DNA from: Thermoanaerobaculia bacterium
GTDB taxonomy: Bacteria > Acidobacteriota > Thermoanaerobaculia > Gp7-AA8
Reading direction: 5' to 3'
DNA length: 64,000 nt
Assembly: GCA_035546335.1 (NCBI GenBank)
Contig: DATKDP010000002.1
Location: 8,774-72,773, forward strand
Shown here piece after piece: positions 63,657-64,000 of the stretch. The stretch's first letter is position 1. Every line of letters starts with the position of its first letter. The translations under genes were made by a program, and so were the position numbers. Below the pieces are notes generated by a model. That model saw only the letters and a program-made list of their open reading frames with translations, searched no databases and was not told the DNA's origin.

Positions 63657-64000
63657 ATGCGCGTTCCGGCTCTCGTCGTTGCGATTCTGCTGACCGTCAG
63701 CGGCCCCGGCGTTCGCGCCGAAGAAGTTCCGGCGAGGATTCTGATCGCCTATTACAGCGCATCAGGCCACACGCGCACAATGGCCGAGGCGGTCGCGCGA
63801 GGAGCGCGGTCGGTCGAAGGGGCGGTCGTGACGCTGCGCTCGGTCGGAGAAGTGAAGAATGCGGAGCTGTTGGCCGCCGACGCGATCATCGTCGGCTCGC
63901 CGGTCTACAACGCCGCACCAGCGCCCGCGGTACAGCAGTTCATCAACGGATGGCCTTTCGAGAAAGAGCCGCTGAAGGACAAGATCGGCGCAGCCTTCGT
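63657..64000 (+). CDS. Flavodoxin-like fold (WrbA/NAD(P)H:quinone oxidoreductase-like) protein with a signal peptide, 3' end outside window
   Basis: AGGAGGA RBS and ATG 63657. MRVPALVVAILLTVSGPGVRA, then ILIAYYSASGHTRTMAEAVARGA...DAIIVGSPVYN. Open to the window end and absent from the ORF track for that reason. Confidence 0.65.
   Translation, partial: MRVPALVVAILLTVSGPGVRAEEVPARILIAYYSASGHTRTMAEAVARGARSVEGAVVTLRSVGEVKNAELLAADAIIVGSPVYNAAPAPAVQQFINGWPFEKEPLKDKIGAAF

Overview
High-GC bacterial chromosomal segment. The gene content and the dense GC-rich repeats suggest a soil or sediment lineage such as Acidobacteria, but taxonomy cannot be established from this window alone. I support about 60 protein genes and 2 tRNAs. 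I saw no rRNA, CRISPR array, transposase or integrase. Positions 1-23.4 kb are an ordinary housekeeping block: a GT2 fragment, a ParA-like ATPase, Crp/Fnr-pgsA, tRNA-Lys, tRNA-Leu-tig-clpP-clpX-lon-engB-rho, PBP1A, mlaEFD, ugd-uxs, purA and hutH. Positions 23.4-64 kb are more mosaic: a CDO-like cupin, GNAT, Uma2, kbl, two M16 peptidases, a hybrid kinase, a putP remnant, ada, a Crp/Fnr-RIC pair, a decayed toxin-antitoxin pair, a CheB/CheR kinase, msrA, an NhaC-family transporter and a DUF885 protein. Five things are worth a second look. (1) An ECF sigma operon at 61.3-63.6 kb has a soluble anti-sigma factor that fuses a zinc anti-sigma domain, an O6-alkylguanine alkyltransferase and an Ada-type zinc methyl-acceptor domain. 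It is followed by a sensor-less PP2C phosphatase, which suggests a candidate alkylation-sensing sigma switch. (2) A six-gene translationally coupled operon at 40.6-46.5 kb combines a Tat-less NarB/NasA-like molybdoenzyme with a 4-cluster ferredoxin subunit, a membrane Rieske protein, a NarI/TcuB-like membrane protein, a 2-TM peptide and a TehA/SLAC1-type anion channel. (3) ATGAY-N4-RTCAT (FNR-type) palindromes lie upstream of that operon and of the neighbouring RIC gene. (4) The operon is bracketed by direct copies of a ~95-nt multi-hairpin repeat, one of which truncates a toxin gene. (5) Four loci carry heptanucleotide tandem arrays, including a perfect (TTTCAGG)x8 upstream of ada, alongside four families of REP-like GC-rich hairpin repeats. 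All functional calls rest on motif recognition by eye; no database search was run.
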